A stretch of 63,083 bases of DNA, filler included. It is 12 parts of 12 records of this genome, joined end to end, with 100 filler letters (N's around TTAATTAATTAA, not from the genome) between each part and the next. Parts side by side here need not be neighbours in the genome. Positions count along the whole stretch, not along the records: positions 37,472 to 42,808 come from SRR9670534_129; positions 42,909 to 46,054 come from SRR9670534_140; positions 46,155 to 51,493 come from SRR9670534_141; positions 51,594 to 53,791 come from SRR9670534_162; positions 53,892 to 57,788 come from SRR9670534_163; 7 more parts are not named here. One strand, given 5' to 3'. This document shows, one piece after another, positions 42,404 through 55,149 of this stretch. Within the stretch, counting starts at the first letter, position 1, and every line of letters starts with the position of its first letter. Under the pieces are notes generated by a model that did no database searches, was not told the origin of the DNA, and worked only from the letters and a program-made list of their open reading frames with translations. Made by a program: the position numbers and the translations under genes.

Positions 42404-42579
42404 CTAGTAACAAGGTGGTAATTCACAATATCTCCTTTCAATGTAAGGATCACATGGTTTTCCTCCAAATCTAGGTCTCTGCTTTAGTCTTCTACTTCTT
42501 TCTTGGATAGAATCTACATATCCACACGTGACTGGACAACTTGACCATTCAGACCAATCTCCCAAAACGCAATCTTTAG
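42404..42579 (-). CDS. Terminal exon encoding a spondin-type thrombospondin type-1 repeat (not in the ORF track)
   Basis: KDCVLGDWSEWSSCPVTCG..QERSR..QRPRFGGKPC..IERRYCELPPCY* has WxxW, CxxTCG, RxR and GGxxC. Phase-1 acceptor at 42580-81. Confidence 0.85.
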
Positions 42580-44346
42580 CTAAAGATTTTCTATTATCTT
42601 CATATTATATTAATTATTATTAACTAACATTATTATTATTAATAACATAGTAATATTATGTATTACCAACAAGAGTATTTGTATACTTACAGTATAATTA
42701 TAAGTAAATTTCATAAATAATATGGTATACCATGCTATTTATATATTATTATATACTATATATTATTATTATTATTATTATATATTATATACTATATATA
42801 GTATATAGNNNNNNNNNNNNNNNNNNNNNNNNNNNNNNNNNNNNNNNNNNNNTTAATTAATTAANNNNNNNNNNNNNNNNNNNNNNNNNNNNNNNNNNNN
42901 NNNNNNNNTGTATTGCATTGTTATTATTATTAAATACAATAACTTCATAATCTATTACTAATAATATTATCTGTTTTTTAGTATAATTTCATAGTCTAAT
43001 AGTATCATAATTTATTAAAACTCATAATGCTAATATTCTAGCTTTGCTCCTTATTATTTTATGTCTATTAATATTAGCAGGCAATTATTACAAACATTAA
43101 TAATAAATTAATGATCAACATTAATAATAAATTAATGATCAATTCTTTCTGAAATTTGCCAATTTGTTGATATTTCTTGAGAATGTTTAAGGTGCAATTG
43201 CTAATTACCTGTTAATTGCTAAGCTATGATAATCATAGTATTGTATGATTGTCATAGTTTTTGTATCATTATTATTATATGTAGTTGCAGTAGTTATTAT
43301 AAATATTACATATATTAAAAAATTGAATATTTTTAGAATAAAGTTTATTGCAATGAAAATATTGTGTATTTATTATTAATGAGCAAAGTTGTAGGAACAA
43401 AATTAGAGAACAGTAACTCAAGCAAAGAAAATTACTACATGTAAAGAACAATTGTGATCAATTGGACAATGACAAAAGTGCATTAATTAACAAGCTGAAC
43501 ACCATTTTGAAACAATACTAATAATAAAAGAATAAAATGTAACAAAGGAAAAATGATGCGGATTAAATGCAATAAGATACGTGTCTGCATATTCTGTAAC
43601 AATTTTCATTGCGTATTGCAAAACTACAGTCTGATGTACAATGGTACAATTTGTACTGTACAATATCTATACATTATAAAGACTTAGTTTTACAGCAATA
43701 TACATTGTATATTATACAAGCATTACCATGGGACATACTGTAAGGTGAACCGCATTGATGTACTGATACAGCATATAGATGTACGATACAGATGTACTGT
43801 AAGAAAAACGTAAATGTACAGTACAGTATATCTACTGTATAGCTTCGTAGTAAGATGTACCATATTGCGTCGTTAATGTACTGTACCGTACATGTACCAT
43901 CAAAATTTCGTTGTAAAATGTACCGTACATATAAGATACATCTTACAGCGAAATTTTTATAGTACATGTATGGTACGTTACATTTAATACGCCATATAGT
44001 ACATCTTACAGAGAAAGTTCATAAATCTACTAGCTTTGCAAATCTTCGTAAATGTATTGTACCATACATACATAATACATTTTGTAGTACTGCGCATAGT
44101 ACATTTTGTAGTACTAATATGTAGTACATTATGTACTGTACATATTGCTATCTAAGTTAAATGCAAAACATAAGTATTTGGAAGAAGCATATAAGTATTT
44201 TATAACGTAGTAACAACAATTACAGTAGGAGTATTTTTATAAAACTAAGCTCTTGATAAAATAATGTTGTATATTTTCCAAACAGTGTAACAATAAACAA
44301 AGTACGAACAGGCATGAATAATAAAAGTCGTAATATGTTGCAAAAA

Positions 44347-45098
44347 TTATGGAGAAATTATGGATTTTACAATCTTGTCACTTTTCATCGGGCTTCGGTG
44401 TGTCTAAAATATGCGTATGCTGCATAACGTGACGTTATTATTAACCTCACTTATTATTACATAATATGTATATAATTATTACCCTGATAATACGAAACCT
44501 TGAACCCGCGTGGTCTTACAGCACCTCTGGCTTCTCGCTCCACCTGTTGAGAAAACCAAGCCTTGAAATCTTTCACGGTTGGTCTTGCAGTACTTCTGTT
44601 TCGTTCTGAAGACCTTGTGGTGCACTTCTGGCTTGCTGCTGGCAAAACTTTCGAAACATTTGGTTTCCAAGCCATTTTCGAAAGATTTGGATTACAAACC
44701 TTTGGAATGGTAGGAACTGAAACATTATAATCCTTCTTCAGTTTACTGGCCAATCTTTCAGTTGTGTCTTTGAAATTTTCTGCCTGTCGAATAGTACGAA
44801 ACTTCAAGCAATACTTTTCACCTTCATCAGACCAAACACATGAAAATGGGTATCCTTCATCTTCCGAAACATCGACATCTTGACAATCATAATCTGTCGT
44901 AATGATGTGATCAAAGAAGAGCGGCTTTTCTGGAGAACTTCTCACAGTGATTCTAATCTTTTTCGATTGGTTTATCTCTTTAATTATCATCATTCCAGAT
45001 CCGCGCAAAGCCCATGAGTTATTTTTCACCCTCGAAAGCCGAAATAGTGAAATATCCGCAGCCAGATAAATATTTTCGCATATACATGTAGCATCCAT
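44347..45098 (-). CDS. Divergent Ran-binding-domain (RanBP1-like PH fold) protein with a basic tail, 2 coding exons
   Basis: LFRL..NSWALRGSG..IRITVR..DHII..SCVW..YCLKF..AENFK parallels the RanBD consensus (LFRF..EWKERG.G..IRLLMR..NH.I..AWVW..LAIRF..A..FK). A short last exon ends ISP*. Confidence 0.65.
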
Positions 45099-46154
45099 TT
45101 TTACAAATTTCTAAAACAAAATCATCATAGTAAGGCTATTGTCAATGTAATATGATACGTATCATACAATACATGCACCTTCCTTTCTTCGTACTAAAAA
45201 GACTAAATCCTTGTCATTGTAATAACATAGGTAGGTACATAAAATTTTTGTGACAAAAGATATTTTATTGTTATTACATATTATTATTAATAACAATACT
45301 GGATTTGATACAATTATACAATGTAGTATGTATAGTTGTATCAGTAAATTACATGCCTACAGTAGTATGTACATATGTGCAAATTAAAAATACATATAAA
45401 ATATAATAATAATATGTAATACATTGTATGTAATACTATGTATGTAATTTATTGTTTACAAATTTACATTGCAACAATATATAAAAAAAATATCTTTCTT
45501 TTTTGCTACTTGTATCATATGTATATACAATTTGCATAAAACTTATATGATAAAATTAACAAATAAAAGCTTATATAATGTATATATAATGATAACAATA
45601 ATACTTATGAATGTATGAAAAAACAACAGTTATTGAAATTTGCTACAGTAGTACTACAAATGCTAGAAAAACAACAGCAACTTGGGCAATTCTTAGTTAC
45701 CATAAATGTTTGATGTTTTTTATAAAAAGCTAATATATCTTAATTGTAAAGTATATTATATTTATAAATTAAAGTAGTTTATAAACCATATTACTTAATT
45801 TCAAACAAAAATGAACTATTCAAATATACTTAAAAAATTAGATAATTTTATTAACAATAATCTTTTTTTTCTATTTTAAAGTTTTATCATGAAAAATTTA
45901 ACAAATAATTAACTATAATGTACTTACTTAGTTATTATAAAAACTATTGATAGTAGATGTTACTTTATAATAAAAAAGTATAAACAAAGACTTGGCTAGT
46001 AAATAATATTTATATATTACTATTATTTTTATCAATAAAAGTACATATAAAAAANNNNNNNNNNNNNNNNNNNNNNNNNNNNNNNNNNNNNNNNNNNNTT
46101 AATTAATTAANNNNNNNNNNNNNNNNNNNNNNNNNNNNNNNNNNNNNNNNNNNN

Positions 46155-46923
46155 TAAAAATTAAAATAGTTTATAAAAATTAAATTAATAGTTCTGCAAA
46201 TATAACAAAGTAAGATATAGTAGTTTTTATATTTTTATTCAAAAGTTGATAAAGAAAAGAGTATTAATTTTCAACCATTGAAGCAAAGCATTCAATCTAA
46301 TATATCTCCCAAAATTAATTCACAAAAATATAACAATCAAAATAGTTTATAATAATTAAAATAGCTTATGAAAATTAAAACAGTTTATGAAAATTAAAAA
46401 GTTAATAAAAATTAAAATAATTTATAAAAATTAAAATAGTTTATATAAAAATAAAATTAATAGTTTTACAAATATAACAAAGTAAGATATGGTAGTTTTC
46501 TATTTCTGTTTAAAAGTAAATAAAAAAAGCATTTTAATTTTTAATTATTGAAGTAAATAATTTAACCTAATATATCTTCCAAAATTGAAACAATAGTTAA
46601 GACAATAGATAAAAATCAAAAATTAAGTTATAATTATACCTATTTGGCAAAAATTAACAATAATCTTAAATAAGATAATTTGCAAAAATACAAAAGAAAT
46701 TTTAACATAAAGTAGGAAAGTAAAGTTGAAATTATCAAACAACTTTTATCATTACAAAAAAATATAACTACAATTTCACAGATTAAAGATAATAAAGCCT
46801 ATATAATCTGTCATTTTCATTAGAAGTTTTTAGTTTTATTATTACAAAAAAATACAACTATAATTTTACAGATTAAAGATGATAAAGCCTATATAATCTA
46901 TTATTTTCATTAGAAGTTTTTAA
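46155..46923. repeat. Degenerate direct repeats, including a 90-bp tandem pair (46744-46833 and 46834-46923)
   Basis: Aligned by eye: the 90-bp copies differ at 8 positions, all transitions, with no indels. Confidence 0.85.
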
Positions 46924-47859
46924 TTAAGAATCTAGCATTGTTGGCTAAGAATTTGCTACTTATAATAGTTAATAAGAAAAAGTGATTATATAAATATACT
47001 TGTTTATTGTTGTTATTTATATATGTTTTTTGAATTAATTATATTTATATTTAGAAATGTTAATTTTTTAATATGTCATATCATTTTTTACATTTAATAA
47101 AGAAGCATTATAGTTTCTAAAAGCTTATGCTATTATTATTATTTTTTGCTTATTATTGGATAAAAGTTATTTTATTAACTATAAGTAAATTTCTATTATA
47201 CTATAATATATGTTACCATATTATGAAATATGTCTATGTAGTGTTCAAACAGCTTAAAACTTTACAAAAATCGAAAGTTTATAATTTATTCTATAATTTT
47301 TCTTCTTCAAAAGTATACAATTATATTGTCAAAATTATAATTATATTATTTAATATGATGTTATAATAACTAGAAGATTATTAAAAAGATAAAAACTAAA
47401 ATATGCTGTAATAAGTAAAATAATACAAACTTATAATGACTAAAAAATATTAAAGAGGTAAAAGTTAAAAAAATTTAGAAATACATAAGATAATATGACT
47501 ATAAAGTGATAAAAAGGTAAATGTATGGAATAAACAAAGTTGACTTATGTATTTATAGACTTTTGTTGAATCAATTAAGTTAAAACAATAATGTCTGTTT
47601 GAGTTATGTTATTTTAGAACATTATATAAAAGGAAAAAGTAATAGGTAGGCTTTTATACATTGTTTACCACTGAAATCCTAAGAAATAGATAGCATAACC
47701 TTATTTTACTTGTGTAACCTTATTTCAAGCCTGTTTATGAAAAGAATATTACTACTACTCTTACCACCAAAATCCTAAGAAATAGATGGTGTTATTTAAA
47801 GGACTTTCAATTGCCACATGAACATCTCAACATCTTTAACATCTTGAAGTCAGCAATTA

Positions 47860-49100
47860 TAAAATGCCTTTCCCTCAATTGGGACATTCGATACAATAAA
47901 CTAGTTCTTCTCCATAACCTAGATCCCCATTTTCTGAAATTTAAAACTCTCTGGGTATAATGAATTTAATTCCTTATCTGTTGATTTTCCAGAACCTGTC
48001 GATTTTCCAAAACCAATTTCATTTGATGATAATGTACCAAACTTCCTACTACCATTAGAATTGAAACTTGAAACAGCTGAAGCTATTCAATGGGATCCTT
48101 TATCTGAATTGAATGATTCTTTCAGCGAAATTGAAACAAAATGGGGAACCACTTACCTGTTGAATGATGCAACAGAGAAAGAAACTGCCAGCTTTCATGA
48201 AAGTGCCATTGTAAAAGAGAATGCCAGCATTGATTATCCACAGCTACCACCTAATTTTATGAATAGTAAACAATGTAGCACTATTGATCCTATTGAATAT
48301 GATATGATGTCAAACATGAGGCCTATTTACTTTCAATCATGTTATTGTTCTTTTCATAGTCAAGTAAGGTACAAATATAGCCTGTTTTACCTGGCAAATC
48401 TCTCTTATAGAGATTTACAAGCTGAATGTCGCAAATGGCCAGGTCTAAGTTCATGTAGAACCCGCCTCAATTTAATTTATAAATTGCTTTCGATTATGGA
48501 AGAAGGCGTGGTTAAATATAGTAAACAGTGCATTGATTATGTACCTTTAAATATACATATGCATTGTACCATTAATGCTACGAATTTGTGTAACCTTATT
48601 CAGGCCCTTTTTCAGCTTTATTTTGATAATTGTATCGAGAAGAAAATGTAATGTTTATTCTTGGAAGGAGTTGTCAAAGTTTACCTTTTACAGGTATATT
48701 GCTTTTTTATGATAATTTTTGCTACTTATTATTATTTGTAGCTCTCTACTTTGATGTTTTTTGACCTTTTGCTTTGAAAAAAGACTTTTGTTAGATCAAA
48801 GTTGGTAGCTATGTTATATGTAATTGAAATGGCAGGAAAAAGAAGCATTAAATAATTAATTATTCATACATTATCAAAACATTTAAAGAATGTGGTAAAC
48901 AGTCTTTCTATATGGCAACAATCAAATTGATTAGTTAAAGATGTGAATAAAGTTCATATAATGGTGTCAAATCTGTTCAAGATGGTTTATTTATATGAAC
49001 AAACACTTAGTAATCCTGTATTACTTATTAAGTGGTCTTAAGATGATAATTTAATGTATTTATGTATGTAGAAGGCAAGAAGGTAATATAATTATATACT
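47860..49100 (+). pseudogene. Decayed ORF region including 48061-48651 with a SAP-like motif; probably transposon-derived
   Basis: LANLSYRDLQAECRKWPGLSSCRTRLNLIYKLL resembles the SAP helix-loop-helix. The flanks are stop-riddled and CpG-poor. Confidence 0.4.
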
Positions 49101-50099
49101 TTTTGCAAATAACTTTGATAACATTATATATAAATTTAAATTTCTAAGTTAGATTTAAAAAAAAGTATAACTGCAACAAAAATACAACATTTATGTAGCT
49201 GTTATTGCAAAAACAAATTTTTAGTCAGCTAATTTATTTGCTACTCTTAATTACTCATTGGTATATGCTGATAAGAATTTAAATATCATTGACAAAAAAT
49301 TGAATAAAGGCATCTTAATTGCTGTACACAGATCCATCTTCTAATAGATCTTAATTGCTGTACACAGATCTATCTTCTAACTATAATAGTTACCTAACTT
49401 TTTTAATAATATTGTTTCACTATGAAACAGGCTAGAAAGGAGGCTACTTAGCAAGAATCATACCAGCCTTGGTGAATTTAAGTACTATGTAAGACAAATC
49501 TTATGGGACCACTTTTTGGAGGATCCAGCATTTATGTAACATACATTTGAACAAACCTACCCTACTACTAGTTACTTCTGTTACTTGTTGCTATTTACAT
49601 TTCAATATCTAATCTCATATTTTTTTTGTTTAGACATAGTTTAGCAGTATGTCAATTGTAGTCAAGATCTTCTACTCTACTGCTATTTTGTACCTACATA
49701 TGCTGTCTATGTTGTGCTATTATATAATTGCCATTATTACCTCAAAATTTTTCCATATTATAGCCATGATTCTTAATGAACTAATTATCATCATATTATT
49801 AAGCTTACTTATCTGATCTACAATCATTTGAAATATTTCTTTCTGGTGAGAAATTTATGGAGCTTTGTTTTTTACATTATAGCTTTTGATTTTTTATTGA
49901 TTACAAACTATATCATGGCTATTTCATTAGTACTTTACACTGATATAGCCATATTATACTATTATATGTGTTTTTACCTATTTATTTTCTCAACAATAGA
50001 GAAGTACCCTAATACATAATATTATGTGAGAGAATAAAGAAGTAATTAACATAACAAAAATTAACAAGTATTATTAATATCAACAAAAACCTAGAATTT

Positions 50100-51493
50100 G
50101 CAGATATAAGGTTACAGTTTACCAAAGGACCAGTAGCAATTTATGAGGTTTATAAGCCCTCTAACATTTTTATTAATATAAGAAATAACCAATTGTGGGC
50201 AGCTATTAACAAATTGGTTAAAATGAATTGTAAGAATTTTTACATGCTTACAATAATATAATGTCATTGAGGAACATAAATCTATAAAAGATAAATTGGG
50301 TAACCAAACAGTTTCCTGGTAAACATGTTCAAGTATTTAGTGAATTTTAATTGAAACCATTTTGAACAATATTCAGTTTAAATTTACTAAGAATTTGAAA
50401 ATTTTTAATCTTATCCTTGCAACCTAAGACAATAATATTTTTTAGTGCAAAGATTATTTGTTAATATAAGTTTACCAAGGGAAACAAATAACAAGAAAAA
50501 AGATAAGTTAGTTTGTAATTGAAAACAGTGTAACTAGAAAGCATTTAGTTTATTTCTAGAAAAGATAGAAAATAGATCTTGTATATTTGATAACTCTATT
50601 GATGTTATTTTTGATCAAAATTATATCAAAGATCTTTGAGATACTTTTTTTGCATTTATTACTAAAAAAATGGATTTATATGCTCATTTTACTAGGCTGT
50701 CTGCTACAAAATGTTTCTTAATGGTGAAAAAGTTTTCTATCTTAAGAACTGCTAAAACCTATAGAAATAAGCTTTTTAAAAAATGAAAATAAGAATCTAT
50801 GGTCTTTAATAAGCATAAGCTGAATAGGGCTTATAGAAAAGTGAGATATCATTTTTGCAAGAAACTTATTATTTTAGAATTGTTAGAAATTTGTAGCATA
50901 AATAAGGATAATAAAAAGCTTTGAAAAAAAGTAAACTTTTAGCAGAATAAGTATATTTCATACTTAATATTAAGGCTGTAGATAGATTTGTGCATTAGTT
51001 TGATGAGTTTAAGGCATTCTGTTTTAATATATTTTAGCATTTTTGTAAAAGATGATAAAAGTGAATTCTCCTTAGCTATTAAATGCAACTTGAAATTTTT
51101 GATTACTGATTTTGAATTTTGAGAGTTGAACAAAATAATTAAATTAAGTATAAAATTTAGTTACATATGAAAATATGAAGATAACTATAAAATTTTAAAT
51201 ATAACTGCTAATTATAAAGAGCTGCAAAGTAATTTAGATCAAATTTGTAAATGGTTGATAGATTAACTACTGTTTTTTGTAAAGTTAAAATGTTGCCATA
51301 TAGAATTTTTTACAACAATACATTCTATAGTAACTTTATTTATTAATAATTAAGCACTTAAAACTATATAGAGGGAGAAAGATATAGAGATCTGACTAAA
51401 CAATGATGTGAACTTTTATCTAAATTACTTTTATGTACATTATAGAGAGCCTTTCAATAAAACTTTCTCTTATAGAGGTAATAGTGGGAACAT
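50100..51493 (+). mobile_element. Decayed CR1/L2-type non-LTR retrotransposon ORF2 (APE endonuclease and RT C-terminal relics)
   Basis: IYEVYKPSN (cf. ICGVYRPP), LRNINL*KINW (cf. GDFN...INW), KYEDNYKI (cf. YADD.K), LQSNLDQICKWLID*LLF..KC (cf. LQ.DLD....W...W.L.FN..KC) and REKDIEI (cf. EKDLG). Confidence 0.75.
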
Positions 51494-51615
51494 NNNNNNN
51501 NNNNNNNNNNNNNNNNNNNNNNNNNNNNNNNNNNNNNTTAATTAATTAANNNNNNNNNNNNNNNNNNNNNNNNNNNNNNNNNNNNNNNNNNNNTAAATTG
51601 TTATTAATTTTAAAA

Positions 51616-52158
51616 TTAATTTATCTCTATTGCTTCTACATTTTTCAGCAAATTTGATCTTGTTAAGAGAGTATAGCTTTTGCAGTTTATTAAACTTAAG
51701 GATTGCCAGAAAAAAAATAAATATTTATAGCTGCCAGTTGAAAGGGTTTTACATTCATACTTGGAATAATAAACAGCTGATAGGTAGTCAATTAGCTTAC
51801 TATTGTATTCTTTTAAAGCATACATAATTTTTTTTTTATTTTTAAATAATAACTTGGGCAGAATTTCCATAACTATAGTAACAAAGTCATTAGCTGTATC
51901 TTCAAAGCGATGCATTAAGGAATTGATTTTTATTGTTGGTAATTTACTGTAATCCAAAGTTTGTGCTGTAAATTCAGGTAATTTTAAAGATCTTAACACT
52001 AGTTTAATTTCATTTTCATAGTCAGCTATAGGTACTGCTATGATTATATCCAATAACTCTTCATCAGATTTTCCATAAGTAAATAGTTGTTTAAATAAAA
52101 TATGCAAAATTAAAAGTGTCTTTTCAAAGTATTCTCTAGAACGAAAAATGGCATACAT
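51616..52158 (-). CDS. Hypothetical 180-aa ORF, divergently oriented from the collagen-repeat pseudogene; possibly part of the same virus-like element
   Basis: Intronless helical-looking ORF in CpG-poor DNA. No recognised domain. Confidence 0.3.
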   Translation of the reverse strand: MYAIFRSREYFEKTLLILHILFKQLFTYGKSDEELLDIIIAVPIADYENEIKLVLRSLKLPEFTAQTLDYSKLPTIKINSLMHRFEDTANDFVTIVMEILPKLLFKNKKKIMYALKEYNSKLIDYLSAVYYSKYECKTLSTGSYKYLFFFWQSLSLINCKSYTLLTRSNLLKNVEAIEIN

Positions 52159-52317
52159 ACTATATGGAAAGTTAACACTGAATGATTTACCAATATAAGA
52201 TATTTAAGTAGAGTGTTTTGATTAAAATTGTATATATGTTTTTGATTGATCCTAAAGCTGTTTTGAATTAATTTAAAAGAGATAAATATTCATATTTGTA
52301 TAGTAATATTGAATCTA

Positions 52318-53090
52318 GATGGTAATGATGATGCTGATGGTCTATAGAGATCCCCAGGTCTGCCCAGTAATAATAATGCTAATAGTTAGCCTGATAATAA
52401 TAGTAATGATAATCTGCAGAGATTTTTAGGTCTGCCTAGTAATGATGGTGCTGATGGTCAGCTTGATGGTGATAGTTTGCTTAAACCTTCTGGTCAATCT
52501 AATCCTCAAGGTCCTCCTGATCCTCAAGGTCCATTTGCTGTAGTAGTTAGATCAATATACTTTGGAGGAGATTTTAATGTTGGAGAAAACTTGAGGTTAA
52601 TGGTAAATGCCAATAGTAATGGCAGTACTACTGCATATACCTGAATACCAGCACAATAGAAGAAAAAGAAAAAAAATGTATATAGAAAAGGCCAAGATGT
52701 TAGAAAATTAACATAGAAACATGTAGAGGCATTAAAGGTAGAATGTTTTAAAAAGCAAGAGAAATAGAAGAGAATAAAAAATGCAGATATGGCCAATTAG
52801 CTTAATAAGAAATACTGTGGTTTAGATGCTAGTCCAGGCATAGTAGAGTATCAAATAGCAGACCTTCTCAGGACTGGGGTTTTAAATTCTTATTTTAAAA
52901 AATATGGATTAGATGTAGGAATACAAAGCAATAAACATGAATTACCAGTAGATATAGGGATGCAAACTGAATTGGTTTAACTGATGAATAATAGAGAAGG
53001 CAACTCAAATCTTGAACATCTAAAATTTGGCATAAGTGACATCATTGCCAATATCATATATTATAGGTACATAAATTGTATGTGCAGCTA
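52318..53090 (+). pseudogene. Intronless collagen-like (Gly-X-Y) repeat protein pseudogene with many in-frame stops but no frameshift
   Basis: DGNDDADGL*RSPGLPS..GADGQ..PQGPPDPQGP, followed by about 180 codons in the same frame interrupted mainly by TAG. Contains a 72-bp tandem duplication (52321-52392 and 52393-52464). Confidence 0.75.
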
Positions 53091-55149
53091 ATTAATTATT
53101 ATTCATAGGAATGATAACATTTATTCTTTCCAATATTAGGTGGACTATGGTATATATTATCTATTGTACTAATCTATTGTAATAGTAACTAACATATTGA
53201 TAGTATGATCCTGTTTAAGTTTAAGCTTATGTTACATTTAAGTTTACAATATAATTATATGTAGGTATATATAAAAACAAATTACAGTATGCATTGAAAG
53301 TTTAGAAATTTGTAGTATATACAGAAAAAAAACTAATAATTATATATCAAACTTTATACCTAAAAAATACATTTTAAGTAGTATTATATTTTTTCTATAT
53401 GCAAGCTAGATTCACTATTTTTTTATAAAATCATAAAATCTACAATTAAAAAAGATCTACTATAGAAGAAAGTATACTATTTTTTACAAAAATTTTATAT
53501 ATATTTTTTTAATACATTTACTGTATTATGTATAGATATGTATTATATTGTTTACAATTATTAATAAAAAAAGTCTACAATGCTATCCTAAAAATAGTAT
53601 TTTTGTAAAACATTTCTGAGAAATATACCATTAAAGAAGATCCACTATTAAAAAAAGTCCATAAATAAAAATTTATAATATGATATATTTTTAACTTATA
53701 TTTAAAAGTTTACTAAAAATAACAATAGCATACATACCATAATATCTGGATAACTGGCCACATTTGATAAGTAACCATACTTAATAAGTAGNNNNNNNNN
53801 NNNNNNNNNNNNNNNNNNNNNNNNNNNNNNNNNNNTTAATTAATTAANNNNNNNNNNNNNNNNNNNNNNNNNNNNNNNNNNNNNNNNNNNNGGAAATAAA
53901 CTCTTGCCTTTTAAAAAAAACAAGTTTATAGAAAAAAAGTTTAAAACTATAAGAGCTATTTGTAATTATTATGCTAAACTTTCTAGTTAAAGTATTAATC
54001 TATTTTACAAATAATTTATCTATTATTATTTATATTGTTAGCAATAATGTTCTTTAAGATATGTAATTATAATGTTACTTTAAAAAGATATTTAGATATA
54101 AAAAGTTTATTATTAACAAAATAATTTCAAAGTGTTTTACAAATAAACTAATATTATTTAATAATGATTATTATGCTATTATCTATTATCTATGAAAAAA
54201 TTAGGTACTTTAGTCTATTTATTTAAATTTGTAAAAAACTTAATAAGTTTCTTTTTTAATGTAATAAAAGTTATATGTAACAACATAAATTAAGAATTTT
54301 TAAAGTTAAATATTATAAAATATTTAAATATAAATATAAAGTTACAAAAATAAAAATAACTTAAATTATATATAATATTTATAATACTATTAACACTATT
54401 ATTAATAGACCTCTACCATTTTAATTGATTGAAGACGATGCAATACCTATGCCAATTAACTGTTTGAAACTTAACAAATCTAATTAGATTTAAAATACTT
54501 CAAAGATTTTCTAAGTTCAATTATTAAAGTTTTTTGTCTTAAAATTTTTGAAATGAAAATAAGATATACTTATTTTTATTATCTATATATAAATTGCAAA
54601 GTAAGCTATGCTTGAAAATATTACAGAGTGAATTTTGCTATGGTAAATTTAATCTATCTATTATTAAATTTATCTATAAAGATAAATTTAATAAAGATAT
54701 TTTATACAAAATTTCTTGCTGATTTTTTTTGATAGTTGCTGAAATTGTCACTGTCTTGGACATACTCTTTTATCAATGAAGATATATTACATATTATTTA
54801 TATGTAATTAGTAAACTTCTCCTGTTAGATCAAAGGTGTTTAGAGATTGTATTTAAGGTTTGAAAATTTAGATGATTGCTTTAAATATGTTCAAGGACAA
54901 AAAGTCTAAATTTTTCTATAGATGAAATACTGTGAGACCATTCCACAAAATTTCTGATGCTGAATTTTATCATATTAGCATTCTTCTAAATACTAATTTC
55001 AACCCTTTGAAGTACAATTTGGATACTGAAAAGAACAAGGCTTGATCAGAACATTTCTAAGGAAAACAATATCTTCCACATTGGTAATTTTGTATGAAAT
55101 ACAGCTTAATGCAAAATATTAGTATTATATTTTGTACTTTAGATCTAAC

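Noticed and set aside
52318-53090. TAG-to-Gln recoding in the collagen-like ORF
   Set aside because: TGA and TAA stops also occur, Gly codons are degraded by the same G>A changes, and host genes here use TAG as a true stop. Mutation explains it better.
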